Source: an uncultured Candidatus Saccharibacteria bacterium
Lineage (GTDB): Bacteria > Patescibacteriota > Minisyncoccia > Phycocordibacterales > GWA1-40-21
DNA length: 64,000 nucleotides
Assembly: GCA_964562105.1 (NCBI GenBank)
Contig: CAZLRP010000002.1
Location: 19,222-83,221 of the forward strand
Direction: 5' to 3'
Positions 63,124-64,000 of this stretch are shown piece by piece (the stretch's first letter is position 1; each line of letters begins with the position of its first letter). Both the position numbers and the translations under genes were made by a program. The notes beneath the pieces are model-generated. The model was not told where the DNA came from. It saw only the letters and a program-made list of their open reading frames with translations, and searched no databases.

Positions 63124-63780
63124 TTAGGTTTGACCTGAGGTTCCATTTAATAATGCTGTTAATTGTTTAATATTGTTCAGATAAGGTATTTGTCCTCTTC
63201 TTGCGGCTTCCCCATCTTTGTCATCCCTATCGCCTATCACTAAACATTCTTCAGGTAATAACTCCATTTTTTCACAAGCTAAAATTAAACCCTTAGGATT
63301 TGGTTTGAAAGCATTTACTTCTGGATCTGTAGAACAAATTTTTACATCGGCGGTCAAACCCAAAGCAACAAGTTTTTGATCTATCGGATAATCTGAAACA
63401 ACAGCAATTTTTAAATTAATTTTTCTTAATAACTTAAATATATTTAATACATTGGAATACCTGCATATTTTCATATAACGTATGGGTCTATTTAAAATCC
63501 ACTTTTCAATGATAGAGCGAACTTCTTCTGTAGGAAGGTTTAAATAATCAGCAGTTATTTGATACTGTGTTTTCTCCAATTCAAGAGAACTGTCTGCTTC
63601 ATACCTTTTTTTACGAAAATAATAAATGATTCTCAAATCATTTATTCTAAGCGGATGAATCAAATAATACGTGAAGATATCAAAAAACATGCAAATATGC
63701 ATCTTCAATTGACTGTAAAGAGTTCCATCAAGATCAAAGATTATTCCTTTTATATCTTTTACATTTATTTGATGGTTCAT
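63124..63780 (-). CDS. HAD-superfamily hydrolase
   Basis: IIFDLDGTLY (DxDxT) and a C-terminal GDRDDKDGEAARRG motif IV. Confidence 0.7.
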   Translation of the reverse strand: MNHQINVKDIKGIIFDLDGTLYSQLKMHICMFFDIFTYYLIHPLRINDLRIIYYFRKKRYEADSSLELEKTQYQITADYLNLPTEEVRSIIEKWILNRPIRYMKICRYSNVLNIFKLLRKINLKIAVVSDYPIDQKLVALGLTADVKICSTDPEVNAFKPNPKGLILACEKMELLPEECLVIGDRDDKDGEAARRGQIPYLNNIKQLTALLNGTSGQT

Positions 63781-63785
63781 AAAAA

Positions 63786-64000
63786 TTAATTTAAAAACCA
63801 GTGGAAAATTGGAAAATCAACCAATAACAAAAAAATGACAACACAGATAACAAAAGTAAGATAAAACATAAAATTTTTCTCCTTGAATAACTCCTCTGGT
63901 CTTTGTGCAACAGAATTTTCATTCATTCCGATTTTTAAATACCATGTAAAAAGAAGCGCAAAAAGCGGAAAACTGACCACAAAACCAATTCTATGCTTGA
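63786..64000 (-). CDS. 3' end of a membrane-protein gene continuing beyond the window end
   Basis: Hydrophobic ORF running to the window edge. Confidence 0.3.
   Translation of the reverse strand, partial: KHRIGFVVSFPLFALLFTWYLKIGMNENSVAQRPEELFKEKNFMFYLTFVICVVIFLLLVDFPIFHWFLN

Noticed and set aside
1-64000. rRNA genes, IS/transposase genes and large prophage regions
   Set aside because: None of the long ORFs shows transposase or integrase motifs (DDE, tyrosine recombinase R..HxxR..Y). No rRNA-like conserved blocks were seen. The repeats found are short non-autonomous elements.

Overview
The window is AT-rich and densely packed with core information-processing and central-metabolism genes. 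By inference the gene content resembles a reduced Patescibacteria/CPR-type genome: short SMC, ThrRS without a TGS domain, phosphoketolase with class-I FBA, RPE and RpiB, many Nudix hydrolases, a sortase.

Recognisable genes:
- Translation and ribosome: rpsP, rpmF, rpsB, rpmE, rplY, thrS, pheS, pheT, gatB, tsf, prfA, trmD, obg, tRNA-Thr(UGU).
- DNA and RNA metabolism: rnr, rnc, rnhB, dnaE, gyrB, smc, a NusB-Nudix fusion, a PIF1-like helicase.
- Other: secA, xfp (partial), fba, rpe, rpiB, asnB, mraY, a gmd-gmm-fcl GDP-fucose cluster.

A T-box leader with a canonical GGGTGGAACCGCG box and terminator precedes thrS.

The most unusual aspect is the non-coding and repeat content. At least four unrelated families of short palindromic or TIR-bounded elements recur, most of them abutting start codons:
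- a roughly 137-bp element with CCGCACAC termini, 2 copies, one between nusB-Nudix and rnc;
- a roughly 70-bp REP-like GTCATTCCCG...CGGGAATGAC element, 5 copies;
- a 140-235-bp TIR cassette ending ...AAAATTTTCTCGGGTAAAT-ATG, upstream of asnB, mraY and fba;
- an ATTCGTA heptamer array, 3 copies, next to thrS, rpmE and pheT.

A 36-nt identical segment is present in frame inside both rnr and asnB (encoding SQIKSQFDGAR).

A Cas2/VapD-like small ORF flanked by TTACGCTAT palindromes interrupts the conserved rpsP-KH-trmD operon.

Other notable points:
- a 19-bp duplication of the tRNA-Thr 3' end;
- a hinge-less 762-aa SMC followed by a PD-(D/E)xK-like protein;
- a SET-domain protein;
- an islet of two SD-bearing small ORFs with identical terminators between gatB and obg;
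- a cytidylyltransferase(SEC-C)-Nudix-MazG operon next to secA.

No CRISPR array, rRNA or obvious IS or transposase gene was seen.
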